IMG/VR virus record: IMGVR_UViG_3300005436_000011
Origin: an uncultured virus (IMG/VR IMGVR_UViG_3300005436_000011)
Taxonomy: Duplodnaviria > Heunggongvirae > Uroviricota > Caudoviricetes
Reading direction: 5' to 3' (one strand)
DNA length: 64,000 nt
The notes beneath the pieces are model-generated. The model had not been told where the DNA came from, did no database searches, and was given only the letters and a program-made list of their open reading frames with translations. Within the stretch, counting starts at the first letter, position 1, and each line of letters begins with the position of its first letter. The position numbers and the translations under genes were made by a program. Shown one piece after another: positions 34,344 to 44,725 of this stretch.

Positions 34344-37292
34344 TTACTTGGTGAAGCCGGTCATCTTCTTGAGCTCCCGCCACGCAACTTCCCGCTGCAT
34401 CGGGTCGGGGTTGTTCCGCCACTGCTCGTGCAGGGCCTGGAACACGGACTCCTGAGCGCGCTCCACGCGACTCACGGACGGCAGCACCTCCGGTGCGGCC
34501 GCGCTCTTGGTCAGCTGGTCGAAGGCGACGCCGCGGTAGGGACCCGCCGGGTCCGGCTGCGCGGCGAGCTCCTCGACCTGCTTGCGCATCTTCTTGATGG
34601 TCTTCTTGAGGTCGGTGACCTCGGTGAGGTGGGCGGCGGTCGCGTCGGCGACCGCCTTGTTGATGAGGCTCTGCACGACGTCCACGTCGAGCGTCGCCGC
34701 CTTCACGACCTCGGCCGAGGTCTCCTTGCCGTAGGTCGTCTCGAGCGTCTCGGTGACGGTCGGCGGCTCGACGGTCTTGGCCTTCTTGGCCTTCTTCGCG
34801 GCCTTGGCCGCGCCGGGGCCGTGCGGGGCTGGCATGCCGACGCCGGTGGGCACCGGGCGGGAGCCGGGCAGGCCGCCGTTGCCGTACGGGCTGCCGTCGG
34901 GCGCGGCCGGGCACAGGTCGGGGAAGGTCTGCGCGATGTGGTCGTGCATGGCCAGCATGGCCTGCCGGGCGTTGTCGCGCATGGCGTTGGTGTAGTAGGT
35001 CCGGGTGGGGACGCCGGTGACGGACGGGGCGCTGACCGGCCGCATCGGCTCGCCGGAGCTGGACGGGGCCTCCGCCGCGTGGCCGCCGGTGAGGTAGCCG
35101 CGGCCGTACTGGCTCGCGCTGATGGACCCGAACGGGTCGGGCGCGGTGTTGGGACCCGCGTGGCCCGGGGAGGCCGCCTCGTGGCCGGCGGTGATGACCG
35201 GCCGGTTGTAGGAGCGGCCGTTGATCGAGCCGGGGGTCGGGAACGTGCCCGGGCCGGGGTTCGCGTCCCGGAACTCCTTGTAGAGGTCCGACCGCGCCTC
35301 GAGCAGGTAGCGCGGGTCGGTGCCCTTCAGGAGGGTCACGTGCTGCCACAGCTCGTTGGCCTTGCGGGCCTGGTCGAGCGGGGCGGACGCGGCGAGCTCG
35401 AAGGCCTTGCGCTGCCAGTGGTTCGGGTCGAGGCTGGACAGGTCGTAGCGCGGGTAGCTCTTCGCGACGTCGTCCGGGTGGAAGCACGGGCAGGTCAGGT
35501 CGTGGAGCGTGCCGTAGTCCACGGGCACGTTCAGCATCTTGAGCCGCATCGCGGCGGACCCCTCGGGGTCATCCGGGAAGATGAGGTCGGCGGCCTTCAC
35601 GGACGAGTCCGGGACGGTGGGAACCTTGGCGTCGCGCTCGAACGCCTCGATCACGGGGCCGTCGGGCTCGCGGTGCTCCGGCACCGGGTCGGCGTCCTCG
35701 GTCTCCTCGACGCCGTCGGTGGGCGTGGGCTTCTTGACCACGTCGGCCTTGGCCGCGGCCTTGCGCGCCTTCCTCGCGGCCTTGGCCGCGGCCTCCTGGA
35801 GGTCGGCCTCGCTCACGCTGGAGCCCTGAACCTGAACCTCGACGGTCTTGACCTTGGAATCCGCCTCCGGCAGGTAGCCGGGGTGGGCCTTGCCGCAGCT
35901 GGGGCAGTACTTCTCACCCTTGTCGAGCTGGTAGCCGCAGCCGAGGCACGTGAAGTCGTGGTTCTTCTTGATTGCGAGCGCGCCCTTGAGCTTGCCGCCG
36001 CACTCGGGGCAGAAGTTGTGCTCGGCGTGCAGGTTCGCCCCGCAGCCGGGGCACATGACCTTGTCCTTCTTCTCGACGGTGACGACCTTCTCGATGGTCG
36101 GCTCGGCGGCCTTCATGCCGTCGTCGCACTTGTCGTCCTCGTCGCCGTCCGCGTCGGCCTTGTCGGTCGCGCCGCTCGAGCCGCCGCCGGCCGTGCCGCC
36201 ACCAGCGGCCCCACCGCCGGCGCTGCCGCCGCTCTCGCCGCTGCCGCCGCCGGTGGAGCCGGCCTTGACCTCGTCCGGCTCCTCGGTCTTCGCCTCGGCG
36301 TCGCTCTCGGTCTCGACGTCGACCGTCTTCTCCTCGGCGTCCTCAACCACCTCGACGTCGACGACCTTCTCGCTGTCGCCCATGCCCAGCTCCTTCTTCC
36401 AGCTCTCGGGGAGCCGGGCCACGAAGGCGGCACCCTTGCGCCGTGCGATGCGGATGATGCTGCTCTTCAGCCCCTCCGGGGACTTGTTGTCGGCCCCGGC
36501 CCGTCCGATCGACAGCGCGGCGTCGTGAACATCCTGTGGCGTGACGATGGGGAAGGAGCGATCGTTGCCGGCGAAGTCCTCGGCGGGGATCTTGTCGCGG
36601 TCGGTGCCGCCGCCGACGTTGGGGTCCACCTTGCGCTTGGCGACCCCCTCGTGGCCGGTGAGCGCCTTGGCCACGTCGGCCGGCGTGACCCGGTCGGCGG
36701 CGAGGGCGGCGCCGGCTGCCTTCACGATCTCTCCCGCGAGCGCGTCGTCGAGGATCAGCTGGCCCACGTCCTCGGGCTGACCCGAATCGCCGGCGGCCTT
36801 GACGAGCTGGAACTTCGAGTTGAAGTTGCTGCCGCGGTCGACCAGCGAGATCTCGCTGATCTTGGTGAGGCCGTCACGGCGACCGCGGATGATGCCGTTC
36901 ATGGCCTTGCCGGTCGGGTCCGGCACGATGTCCGGGTGGGTGATGCCAACCGAGTAGCAGGTGAGGACGCCCTTGCGGACGAGCTCCTTCGCCACGGGCT
37001 CCACGACGAGGGACTTGACCCAGTGGCCGTCGGGCGTGGCCTCCACCTCGAGGCCCTTGCCGGCGGGATCGCGGCGGGCCTGGTGCTGCACCCGCAGGTT
37101 GCCGCCGGTGTCGAGCCACTCGTGGATGGCCTTGGCTGACCAGTCCTGGTCGACGATCTGGAGGTCGGAGTCGACGGTGCCGTCGGTGGCCTTGCCGTAG
37201 ACGATGAGGTCGCCGTCGCTCGTCTCCTCGGTCTTCTCGATGGGGAACGAGAAGTAGGTCAGCTCGCCGTCGGGGGTGAGGGTCGCGGCCAC
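34344..37292 (-). CDS. prohead protease-scaffold fusion with double zinc ribbon
   Basis: N-terminal VYGKAT...DSDLQIVD...QH...YSVG...EISLVDR protease motifs; four CxxC pairs; C-terminal coiled coil. Confidence 0.8.
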   Translation of the reverse strand: MAATLTPDGELTYFSFPIEKTEETSDGDLIVYGKATDGTVDSDLQIVDQDWSAKAIHEWLDTGGNLRVQHQARRDPAGKGLEVEATPDGHWVKSLVVEPVAKELVRKGVLTCYSVGITHPDIVPDPTGKAMNGIIRGRRDGLTKISEISLVDRGSNFNSKFQLVKAAGDSGQPEDVGQLILDDALAGEIVKAAGAALAADRVTPADVAKALTGHEGVAKRKVDPNVGGGTDRDKIPAEDFAGNDRSFPIVTPQDVHDAALSIGRAGADNKSPEGLKSSIIRIARRKGAAFVARLPESWKKELGMGDSEKVVDVEVVEDAEEKTVDVETESDAEAKTEEPDEVKAGSTGGGSGESGGSAGGGAAGGGTAGGGSSGATDKADADGDEDDKCDDGMKAAEPTIEKVVTVEKKDKVMCPGCGANLHAEHNFCPECGGKLKGALAIKKNHDFTCLGCGYQLDKGEKYCPSCGKAHPGYLPEADSKVKTVEVQVQGSSVSEADLQEAAAKAARKARKAAAKADVVKKPTPTDGVEETEDADPVPEHREPDGPVIEAFERDAKVPTVPDSSVKAADLIFPDDPEGSAAMRLKMLNVPVDYGTLHDLTCPCFHPDDVAKSYPRYDLSSLDPNHWQRKAFELAASAPLDQARKANELWQHVTLLKGTDPRYLLEARSDLYKEFRDANPGPGTFPTPGSINGRSYNRPVITAGHEAASPGHAGPNTAPDPFGSISASQYGRGYLTGGHAAEAPSSSGEPMRPVSAPSVTGVPTRTYYTNAMRDNARQAMLAMHDHIAQTFPDLCPAAPDGSPYGNGGLPGSRPVPTGVGMPAPHGPGAAKAAKKAKKAKTVEPPTVTETLETTYGKETSAEVVKAATLDVDVVQSLINKAVADATAAHLTEVTDLKKTIKKMRKQVEELAAQPDPAGPYRGVAFDQLTKSAAAPEVLPSVSRVERAQESVFQALHEQWRNNPDPMQREVAWRELKKMTGFTK

Positions 37293-37311
37293 ACGGGCTT
37301 CCTTTCGTCGG

Positions 37312-40300
37312 TCAGTCGGTCGTCTTGTTGAGGTGATCGTCGCCGTGATTCAGCTGGAACGAGTGAGCCTCGTCCCACGGCCCGACCACGGTCGGGACCC
37401 GACCGACGTACGCGGTCAGCGGCTTGCCCAGGCGCTGGGCGGCCAGGGCGCGGTGGTGGCCGTCGACGACCTTGAGCTTGGGGTCACCGGGGGTGTCGAC
37501 GAGGATGGCGGGGTGGGTCGGCTCGCCGGCGCGCAGCTTGGCCTCGAAGCGGTCCACGGCGGCGTCCTCGTGGTGCGCGGCCCACCGCGGCTCGTTGCTG
37601 AAGTCGATGAGGCTGGTGGGGACGTTGAGGGGCCCCACCCAGGTCGCGTCGTCGACCCACGCGTAGCCCTCGTCGCTGAAGTTTTGGCTCATCAGGGCCG
37701 CGACCTCGTCGGCGGTCGCGGCGCGCGTTCCCTCGCTCGCCGGCCGGCTCAGGGCGTTGAGCACGAGCTGCAGGTCAGCCCGGAGCTCGGCGCGAACCGA
37801 CGGGTTGTCGACGAGGTGCGTCGGGTCCCACCACGCGAGCGCCTCCACCTGGTCCCCGTCGGGGTCATCCGGGTTGGTGACGCGGTCGCGGCCGTCGAAG
37901 ATCGGCACGTCGGTCTCGTGGTCGACCTCGTAGACGAAGCCTAGCCACCGGCCGCTCTCCGTGCCCCAGCCGGGCACGAAGCGGCCGACCGGAAGGACGC
38001 ACCCGGTCTCCTCCTGCCACTCGCGGATGGCGGCGCTGCGGGGCTGCTCACCGGGCTCGAGGCAGCCACCGGGGAACTCCCAGGAGCCGGCCGCGGGATC
38101 GTCGTCGGTCAGGCCGCGCTGCAGCATGAGCACGCGGCCGGTGTCAGCGGCGCGGACCGCGAGGCCGGCGGCGACGCAGGCTCCCTTGGTCGCGGTGCGG
38201 CCCTCCCACCGGTCGCACACGTCGATCAAGTCGATCGAGCCCGACACGAGGTCGCACGAGTGCGTGTCGAGGTGGAACATCACGCAGGTGCCGCAGGATC
38301 GAGCGCGGCTCGCCGCTGGCCGGTAGTGAACCGACTCCTTGGACACCTTGACGCGCTTGCCGAGGTCGCCGACGTTGGGCGCGCGGCCGCGGTCGTTCGC
38401 GTCGCCCGGCGGCTCGCCTACCGACGACCGACCCGTGCCAACGCCACCTTGTGGCCAGCCACCGGTGCCTGAACTTGGATAGCGTGGAGGCTGAACGTCG
38501 ACGTCCGTTTGGTGACCATGGGTGAGGGGTACCCGGTCATCGTGACCACCGGAGGGGTGATGCGCTTGAGAGTGATCTGACCCGTCGTAGAAGCCACCCA
38601 TGTAGCCGTTGGGCGGCTGCGACGGAACCCACCGCGGGGGCTCACCCCCAGCCGTGCTCGACGGCACCCCGCCGGGAACCTCCGTCCCATCACCGAGGTG
38701 CCTGACGGGTGACCGGCCGCCACCGCCGGCCGCGGCCTGAGGAACGCGTGAGTCGATCCACGACTCCTGGCCGTTGAGACTGATCACTCGTCGCGTGGCC
38801 TTGACGACCCGGATCGCGTCATCGACCTCGAGACCCTCCGCCATGTGCTGGCTGATGCGAGCCAGCGCGTCGGGGTTGACGTTGCGTGGAACCCAGGAAC
38901 TGACCTGTCGACCCTTCTTCACGTGCCGACTCAGGGCCTCGAGCTCGCTGCTCGCGGCCTTCTCCAGGGCCGCCGCGTCTGCCACCTTGGCGGGCGCGGC
39001 GGTCGGCTTCTTGCCGGTCGCGGAGCGGGATGGCGCGTTGCCCGCGCCGGTGGCCGCCGCGTGCCCGGGTGTCTCGACGTGCGGGCTCGGCGTCGGCTGC
39101 GTGGGAACGCTGCCCTGGCCGGTGTTCTGGATCTCACCGGTGCCGGCCGCGGTGACCGGCAGCTTGGGCTGGACGCCGGGGAGCGCGAGCTGGCCGGGAG
39201 GCGTGGGAGCCGGGCTGCCGGGCGTGGCTCCCGGAACGGTCCCGGGAACGGCGGCGGTCGCCATGCCGAACGGCACGGGGCCGTTCTTGCTGAGGAAGAC
39301 CGGGCCGCTGGTCTCCGGCAGGCCCCAAGGCTGCAGGTTGAGCTCGTCCCGGGCCTCGTCGACGCTGCGCAGGCCGTTCTCAACCTGCTTGATGAGCAGG
39401 TCGGTGAGGAGGGACTGGTCCTCCTCCGCCTCGAGGCCCTCGAAGACGAACTGCATGTCGTCCTGGCCGCAGACGTATTCGAGGATGTTGTTGATGATGT
39501 CCGCGATGAACATCAGGGTCGGCTTGGTGGCCTTGCGCTCGCCCACGTTCTCGGCCATCTTGGCCATCTGATGCGACGCGCCTGGCGACATGGAGGTGCT
39601 GACCTTGGGTGCGATGCCCAGCTCCATGGGCATGATGTCGAACGCCATGCAGACCTGCGTCATGACGATCTCGTCGAACGCGTCGGCGAGCTGCACGCCG
39701 CGCTGCGGCTCGACCTTCGTGCCCGGCGGCAGCACGATGATCTTGTGGTGCCAGGCGGGGTCGCCGGCGAACGCGTTGAGGGCGTCCTGCAGCTCGCGGA
39801 TCTGGTTGGGGGTCATGTTCTCGTCGCCGGGCGACATGTAGACGGCCGGGACGGTGCCCTCGCGGAAGTAGTCGAGCTGGTAGCCCTGCTTCTGCAGGCC
39901 GGACAGCACGGGGATCATGGCGCGCTCGATGGGCGGGAAGCCGTACGGCGTCCACCGCCGGGGCACCATGGGCACGTACAGCAGCTGGTCGCCACGGAAC
40001 TGCGCGACCTGGCTGCCTCGGAGGCCGCCGTCCTGGATGTCCATGTCCGTCAGCATCTTGATGAAGTCGCTGCGGGGGACGCCGTAGAGGTACTGCTGGT
40101 AGGCCGGGGCCGGCGGGGCCGGGAAGCCACCCTGCATGTCGTAGAGCGGTCGGATGGTGGGGCCGCTGATCAGGTTCAGGCTGTCGAGGTCGCTGCCGAG
40201 CAGGCCCTTTCCCATGCCGCGGCCGCGCTTCGGTCGCAGGAAGAGCGAGAGCGCGTCGAAGACGAACACCTCCTCGAGGAAGGCGTCGATGAACGTGCTC

Positions 40301-40869
40301 CAGCTGTAGTAGTCCGGGTCGGGGCGCTTGAAGAACTTCTTGGCCTTGGCGCGGCGCTCACCGAAGTCCTTGAACCAGGCCTTGTCGCCGCGGTTGGCCT
40401 TGGCTGCCTCCTGCGTGGGCATGATGTCCCACTCGAGGCCCCGGATCTCCGACTTGCGGAGCTGGATGCAGGCGCGGGCCACGGAGTACAGGTCGGCGAG
40501 GGTGCGCAGCGTGCTGAAGCTGGCGAGCTTGAGGCCCTCCGAGCCGGGCGTGCCGACCGGGAGGTTCCAGCCGACGCGGTACTCCTCGCGGCGTGGGTCG
40601 GCCCGACCGCTCGCGGGGTCGGGCTCATCGACGGGAACCGGCAGGATCGGGCTGAACGGCCCGAACGCGCCCTGCGTGAAGGTCGCCGGTGGCCGCGGCA
40701 GGAAGCCGGCGTAGGCGTTGGCGTAGCCGTGCTGCTCCGCGTAGCTGACCACCGCCGGCGACAGGGAGCCGGTGGAGATCCCCGATCCCTGAGGCGCGGG
40801 CGTGGGCCGCGCGCCGCCGGGTGAGTAGCGCGCCGCGCGCAGGATGGATCTAGTCGACGCCACCGGCAA
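37312..40869 (-). CDS. portal protein fused to HiPIP-like, Nudix and ParB-like domains
   Basis: Portal core (YGFPPIE, YFREGTVP, SVDEARDELNLQP), SCGTCVMF...C..V.G.I....C..W, Nudix box GGCLEPGEQPRSAAIREWQEETG, ParB/Srx VVDGHHRALAA. Confidence 0.85.
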   Translation of the reverse strand: MPVASTRSILRAARYSPGGARPTPAPQGSGISTGSLSPAVVSYAEQHGYANAYAGFLPRPPATFTQGAFGPFSPILPVPVDEPDPASGRADPRREEYRVGWNLPVGTPGSEGLKLASFSTLRTLADLYSVARACIQLRKSEIRGLEWDIMPTQEAAKANRGDKAWFKDFGERRAKAKKFFKRPDPDYYSWSTFIDAFLEEVFVFDALSLFLRPKRGRGMGKGLLGSDLDSLNLISGPTIRPLYDMQGGFPAPPAPAYQQYLYGVPRSDFIKMLTDMDIQDGGLRGSQVAQFRGDQLLYVPMVPRRWTPYGFPPIERAMIPVLSGLQKQGYQLDYFREGTVPAVYMSPGDENMTPNQIRELQDALNAFAGDPAWHHKIIVLPPGTKVEPQRGVQLADAFDEIVMTQVCMAFDIMPMELGIAPKVSTSMSPGASHQMAKMAENVGERKATKPTLMFIADIINNILEYVCGQDDMQFVFEGLEAEEDQSLLTDLLIKQVENGLRSVDEARDELNLQPWGLPETSGPVFLSKNGPVPFGMATAAVPGTVPGATPGSPAPTPPGQLALPGVQPKLPVTAAGTGEIQNTGQGSVPTQPTPSPHVETPGHAAATGAGNAPSRSATGKKPTAAPAKVADAAALEKAASSELEALSRHVKKGRQVSSWVPRNVNPDALARISQHMAEGLEVDDAIRVVKATRRVISLNGQESWIDSRVPQAAAGGGGRSPVRHLGDGTEVPGGVPSSTAGGEPPRWVPSQPPNGYMGGFYDGSDHSQAHHPSGGHDDRVPLTHGHQTDVDVQPPRYPSSGTGGWPQGGVGTGRSSVGEPPGDANDRGRAPNVGDLGKRVKVSKESVHYRPAASRARSCGTCVMFHLDTHSCDLVSGSIDLIDVCDRWEGRTATKGACVAAGLAVRAADTGRVLMLQRGLTDDDPAAGSWEFPGGCLEPGEQPRSAAIREWQEETGCVLPVGRFVPGWGTESGRWLGFVYEVDHETDVPIFDGRDRVTNPDDPDGDQVEALAWWDPTHLVDNPSVRAELRADLQLVLNALSRPASEGTRAATADEVAALMSQNFSDEGYAWVDDATWVGPLNVPTSLIDFSNEPRWAAHHEDAAVDRFEAKLRAGEPTHPAILVDTPGDPKLKVVDGHHRALAAQRLGKPLTAYVGRVPTVVGPWDEAHSFQLNHGDDHLNKTTD

Positions 40870-41032
40870 CCCCCGCCTCGTTCTCCGCCCAGAGCTCTCG
40901 CTGCAGCCGCCGCGCGGCCACCTTCACCTCGTTCTTGAGCGCCTTGGCGCTCGCGTACCCCAGGGCCGCCGCGATCTCCGCCCACGTGGCGCCGCGCTCC
41001 TGCGCGTCGTTGATCAGACGCAGCTTGAGCAT
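40850..41032 (-). CDS. small HTH protein
   Basis: GATWAEIAAALGY helix-turn-helix. Confidence 0.65.
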   Translation of the reverse strand: MLKLRLINDAQERGATWAEIAAALGYASAKALKNEVKVAARRLQRELWAENEAGVAGGVD

Positions 41033-41039
41033 CAGCTCC

Positions 41040-41384
41040 TCACGTGGGGTCAACCTCGTCCTCCTCGTCCACGTCCTCCGGGTAGACCACGCGGCTCGCG
41101 TCCCAGGACTGCCAGTAGCTGAACTCGACGACGTCCCCATCGCCGTTGAGCTTGCCGGCCGCGAGGCGGGGGCAGGCCGGGGTGCTGGCGCCGGCGTGGA
41201 TGCCGGCGCAGAAGCGGCAGAGGCCGCCGTCGGCGGCGACCTGCTCGAGCTCCTCGCGGTCCTCGCGGCTCACCGGCAGGCGGGGCTGCCCGGTGAGCAG
41301 GCGCTGGGCGCTGCTGACCGCGGCGAGCGCGGCGAGGTCGAGCTGTGACTGCGGCGCGCCGCCGCCGCCCTGCGGCAGGGTCAT
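41040..41384 (-). CDS. hypothetical protein
   Basis: TGATG coupling; CRFCAGIH...CPR. Confidence 0.55.
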   Translation of the reverse strand: MTLPQGGGGAPQSQLDLAALAAVSSAQRLLTGQPRLPVSREDREELEQVAADGGLCRFCAGIHAGASTPACPRLAAGKLNGDGDVVEFSYWQSWDASRVVYPEDVDEEDEVDPT

Positions 41385-42628
41385 CAGTAGGCTCCCACGA
41401 GCGGCACGAAGCCGGTGTTGGTTCCCACCGTCGTGGGGTTGAAGGACGCAGGCAGCGCGGTCTGGCCGTTGAGGTAGAACGCGCGTCGGTTGCCGGCGTT
41501 GGTGACGCCGAGGCCCATGTACGGGGCGTTGGAGTCGTTCGCGCCCAGGGCGTAGGGCACGTTGACGCCGGTGAAGCCACCGAGGATGTAGAGGATGTAG
41601 ACGAACCGCCCGGTCGCCTGCGCCGGCACGGCGGTGATGCCGCCGCTGGTCCACCCCGCGACGTTCCACAGGTTGTTGTCGTTAGGGGACGCGTGAAGCT
41701 GGACGCCCGTGTCGTCGTAGATGCCGAGCTGGTTGGGCACCGTGGACGTCGAGTAGGTGCCGCCGGTGCGGATCGCCGCGACGAGGGTGGAGAGGGCGGT
41801 GTTGGCCGGCACCCAGCAGCGCGCGCCGAACACGGTGCCGCTGGCGAGGGCGGAGGAGTTCTGGAAGAGCAGGGGATCGTCGCTGGCGGTCAGCAGCCCG
41901 TAGCCGCTCAGGGGGAACGTCGCGCCGCCGGCCGCGGGTGCGGCCCACTTGATGCCGGTGGTCTGCGCCGAGTCGGCGGTGAGAACGTAGGTGTCGGTGC
42001 CGACGGCCTCGCGGGTGATGGTGCTCGCCGCGGTGGCGACCAGCAGGTCGCCCTTCGCCGTGGCCGTGGTGTCCTGGATGGCGTTGACGAGACGCGCGTC
42101 GTTGCCGGCGGCCACGGTGCCGGCCGTGGTGCCGACGTTGAGGGTCGCCGCCCCGCCGAGGCCGAGGTTGGTGCGTGAGGTGCCCGCGTTGGCGACGTCG
42201 CTCAGGTTGTTCGCGGCCTGGAGGGCGCCGGTGATCCGGGTGTCGTTGCCGGCGGCGGCGGTGCCGGCCGTCGTGCCGAGCTGATAGACCTGGTACCAGA
42301 CCGCGGCGGCGGTCGCGACGCTCTCGGCGACGAAGTAGGCGGCGGTGAGGGTGTTGAGCCAGATGGAGCCGACGGTGTAGCCCTGAGTGCCGTCGTTGCC
42401 GGTTCCCGGGTTCGTGACCGCGGTGAGGTTGTTCTTCTGGCTGGTGAACTGCGTGGGTGCGGGCCACGCGCCGTTCGCCTTGGGGCCATAGAACACGGAC
42501 GGGTTCGTCGTGTCGAGGTAGAAGTCGCCGTTGAAGCCGAGGGAGCTGGCGGGTGCGCCGGTGCCGGACAGCCAGCCGTTGCCCCGCGGGCCGGCGGTGC
42601 CGGCCGTGGTGATGGTGACGTTGACCAC
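41384..42628 (-). CDS. fibre-like minor virion protein
   Basis: [59 protein letters not shown] repeats typical of phage fibres. Confidence 0.7.
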   Translation of the reverse strand: MVNVTITTAGTAGPRGNGWLSGTGAPASSLGFNGDFYLDTTNPSVFYGPKANGAWPAPTQFTSQKNNLTAVTNPGTGNDGTQGYTVGSIWLNTLTAAYFVAESVATAAAVWYQVYQLGTTAGTAAAGNDTRITGALQAANNLSDVANAGTSRTNLGLGGAATLNVGTTAGTVAAGNDARLVNAIQDTTATAKGDLLVATAASTITREAVGTDTYVLTADSAQTTGIKWAAPAAGGATFPLSGYGLLTASDDPLLFQNSSALASGTVFGARCWVPANTALSTLVAAIRTGGTYSTSTVPNQLGIYDDTGVQLHASPNDNNLWNVAGWTSGGITAVPAQATGRFVYILYILGGFTGVNVPYALGANDSNAPYMGLGVTNAGNRRAFYLNGQTALPASFNPTTVGTNTGFVPLVGAY

Positions 42629-42640
42629 GCGCGCTCCCTT

Positions 42641-43015
42641 CTAGGGTTGGGCGACCGTGCGGCCGTAGAAGACGCCGGCGACGAGCGCCGTGGCGTCACT
42701 GAGGTTCTGGTCCATCCACAGGGTGTAGTTGGCCCCGTACTCGGTGAGCAGGTTGGTCGCGGTGGGGGTCAGCACGACCTGCAGGGTGGCGGTGCTGCTC
42801 GTGACCGTGATGGTGCCGTAGGTGGTGGAGGTGGTGTTGTTGACGGAGAACACCGTGGCGTTGGAGATGGTGTTGCGCACGACGAGCTCGAACACCTTGT
42901 TGGTGATGTTGGTGAGGGAGCCGTCGTCGTTGGTGACCTGGTAGCTCTGCGCCCACTGCGAGCCGATGGGTGAGACGGCCTGGAAGAAGTTGGGGAGCGG
43001 CGCGGGCTGGGTCAC
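42641..43015 (-). CDS. putative structural protein
   Basis: GTGA coupled to terL; beta-rich Thr/Asn sequence. Confidence 0.55.
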   Translation of the reverse strand: MTQPAPLPNFFQAVSPIGSQWAQSYQVTNDDGSLTNITNKVFELVVRNTISNATVFSVNNTTSTTYGTITVTSSTATLQVVLTPTATNLLTEYGANYTLWMDQNLSDATALVAGVFYGRTVAQP

Positions 43016-44505
43016 GCGGCCTCCTCGACCGGGGCGCTGCAGTACGGGCACTTGTCGCGGGGCTTGCCGCCGAGCGTCTTGGTGAAGGGACGGTCGCACC
43101 GCTCGCACTTGATGACGCCGTAGGCGTCGAGCCAGGAGCCGCCGATGAGGTCCTTGAGGTCGTACATGCCCCAGACGAGGGCGTCCATGCGGTCTGGGGA
43201 CTCCTTGTCGCCGGGGGCCCACGTGCACATCTCGTCCTCGAGCTGCGGGAACATGCCGACGTGGTGGACGCGGTGCTGCTCGTAGAGGGCGGAGACCGGC
43301 TCGGCGCGGGTGTTCTTGCCGCGGCTGGCGCGGACGGACCGGAAGGCGACGTTGTTGTCGATGGTGCGGACGACGGTGCCGATGTAGTCGCCGCCGTTGT
43401 TGACCTCGGCGACGATGCGGTCGGCCTCGAACTCGTGGTAGGCGTCGACGGCGCGGGTCATGCACTGCTTGGGGGTGCCGCGCATGGTGTAGTCGGCGAG
43501 GACGTAGCCGTGGCCCTCACGGTCGGCGGCGCAGACGACGATGCCGGTGAGGTCGCTGGTCTCGCCCTCGGTGACGGCGGGGTCGACGCCGACGACGACG
43601 CGAACGAGGTCGAGGTCCCTGCGGGCCTCGAGGGGGAGGCGGTCGGCCTCGAGCCACTCGCGCTTCCACAGGGCGTTGTCGCGGTTCTCGAGGATCTCGG
43701 CGTCGAGCTCCTGCAGGCCGAGCTGCGTGCCGAGCATCGGGGCGATGACGTTGGCCTTGTAGCTGTCGCTGAGGTTCTCGAGGTTGTCGACGGTGCGGCC
43801 ACGGGTGACGATGACGTTGTCGCGCTGCATTAGGCCGGGCGTCGCGAGGTTGGTGTCGGAGACGCGAAGCAGGGCGACGGGCCGCGGGGTGGTGGCGACG
43901 ACGATGCGGCTGACGTAGTCGAGCGGCCAGTCGGCGCGGCGCGGGAGGCGGGTGGCGATGGTGAGGTTGGACCACGTGGTGTCGGCCGCGGTGCCCTTGT
44001 GGGCGTCGGCCCAGAAGCAGGACTCGTCACCCCAGGCGAAGTGGAACTGGGGGCCGCGGAGCTGCCAGGGCTTCTCCGCCGAGTAGGTGAAGAACTTGCT
44101 GCCGTTCTCGAGGTAGAGCTCTCCGAGGGAGCGGTTCCACGCGCCGGTGATCTTGCCGCCGCGGAGCTCGGTCTGCTTGAAGCAGTTGAGCAGCCCCGAG
44201 TCACCCTCGATCATGGTGTCGCGGGTGTCGCCGATGGTGCGGGCGACGAGGGCGATGCGGCAACCGGGGTAGCGCCGGGCCTTCTCGGCCATGAGCTCGG
44301 CGGCGGTGCGGGACTTGCCCCAGCCGCGGCCGGCGAGGATCAGCCAGACGAACCAGTCGCCCTCGGGCTCGAGCTGGTCGGGGCGGGCGGCCTCGCGCCA
44401 GGTTTTCTTGTGGCCGTCCCCGTTGTCGAGGTCGACCTTCTTCTGCTGCAGCTCGCGGAGGCGGCGGAGCTTGTCGAGCTTGACCTCGAGGAGGGTGTCG
44501 GCCAC
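43012..44505 (-). CDS. terL: terminase large subunit
   Basis: AGRGWGKS Walker A, WGDE Walker B, VGVDPA and SPDRMDALVW nuclease motifs. Confidence 0.95.
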   Translation of the reverse strand: MADTLLEVKLDKLRRLRELQQKKVDLDNGDGHKKTWREAARPDQLEPEGDWFVWLILAGRGWGKSRTAAELMAEKARRYPGCRIALVARTIGDTRDTMIEGDSGLLNCFKQTELRGGKITGAWNRSLGELYLENGSKFFTYSAEKPWQLRGPQFHFAWGDESCFWADAHKGTAADTTWSNLTIATRLPRRADWPLDYVSRIVVATTPRPVALLRVSDTNLATPGLMQRDNVIVTRGRTVDNLENLSDSYKANVIAPMLGTQLGLQELDAEILENRDNALWKREWLEADRLPLEARRDLDLVRVVVGVDPAVTEGETSDLTGIVVCAADREGHGYVLADYTMRGTPKQCMTRAVDAYHEFEADRIVAEVNNGGDYIGTVVRTIDNNVAFRSVRASRGKNTRAEPVSALYEQHRVHHVGMFPQLEDEMCTWAPGDKESPDRMDALVWGMYDLKDLIGGSWLDAYGVIKCERCDRPFTKTLGGKPRDKCPYCSAPVEEAA

Positions 44506-44522
44506 GGCACCCTCCTCAATTG

Positions 44523-44551
44523 TTTACAATTGTGTTTCACCGTGATACGAT
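44523..44551 (+). promoter_or_regulatory. SigA-type promoter TTTACA-N17-TACGAT
   Basis: Same family as the early promoters; -35 flanked by CAATTG palindromes. Confidence 0.65.
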
Positions 44552-44581
44552 CGCGTCAGGAATCGAGGAAGGAGACGACTC

Positions 44582-44725
44582 GTGGACTTCGAGGCCAGTG
44601 AGGACGACTTTCAGAGCTGGACGCCGTGCGAGATGTATGGTCACGACTACTCGCTGTGCGACCTGGACGACGGCACGACGGTCTACAGCTGCAGTGAGTG
44701 CGGCGAACCCGGCGATTCAGACTAG
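44582..44725 (+). CDS. small acidic Cys-containing protein (47 aa, not in ORF track)
   Basis: AAGGAG RBS, GTG start, own promoter; MDFEASEDDFQSWTPCEMYGHDY...CSECGE. Confidence 0.55.
   Translation: MDFEASEDDFQSWTPCEMYGHDYSLCDLDDGTTVYSCSECGEPGDSD

Noticed and set aside
32433..37139. 1568-aa + strand ORF and similar long antisense ORFs (13460-16600, 17602-20649, 38845-40824)
   Set aside because: Shadow frames of high-GC3 genes on the opposite strand; no recognisable motifs.
38400..38950. Possible intein or intron in the portal gene
   Set aside because: Frame stays open and there are no intein terminal motifs or group I/II intron features; treated as a low-complexity insert.
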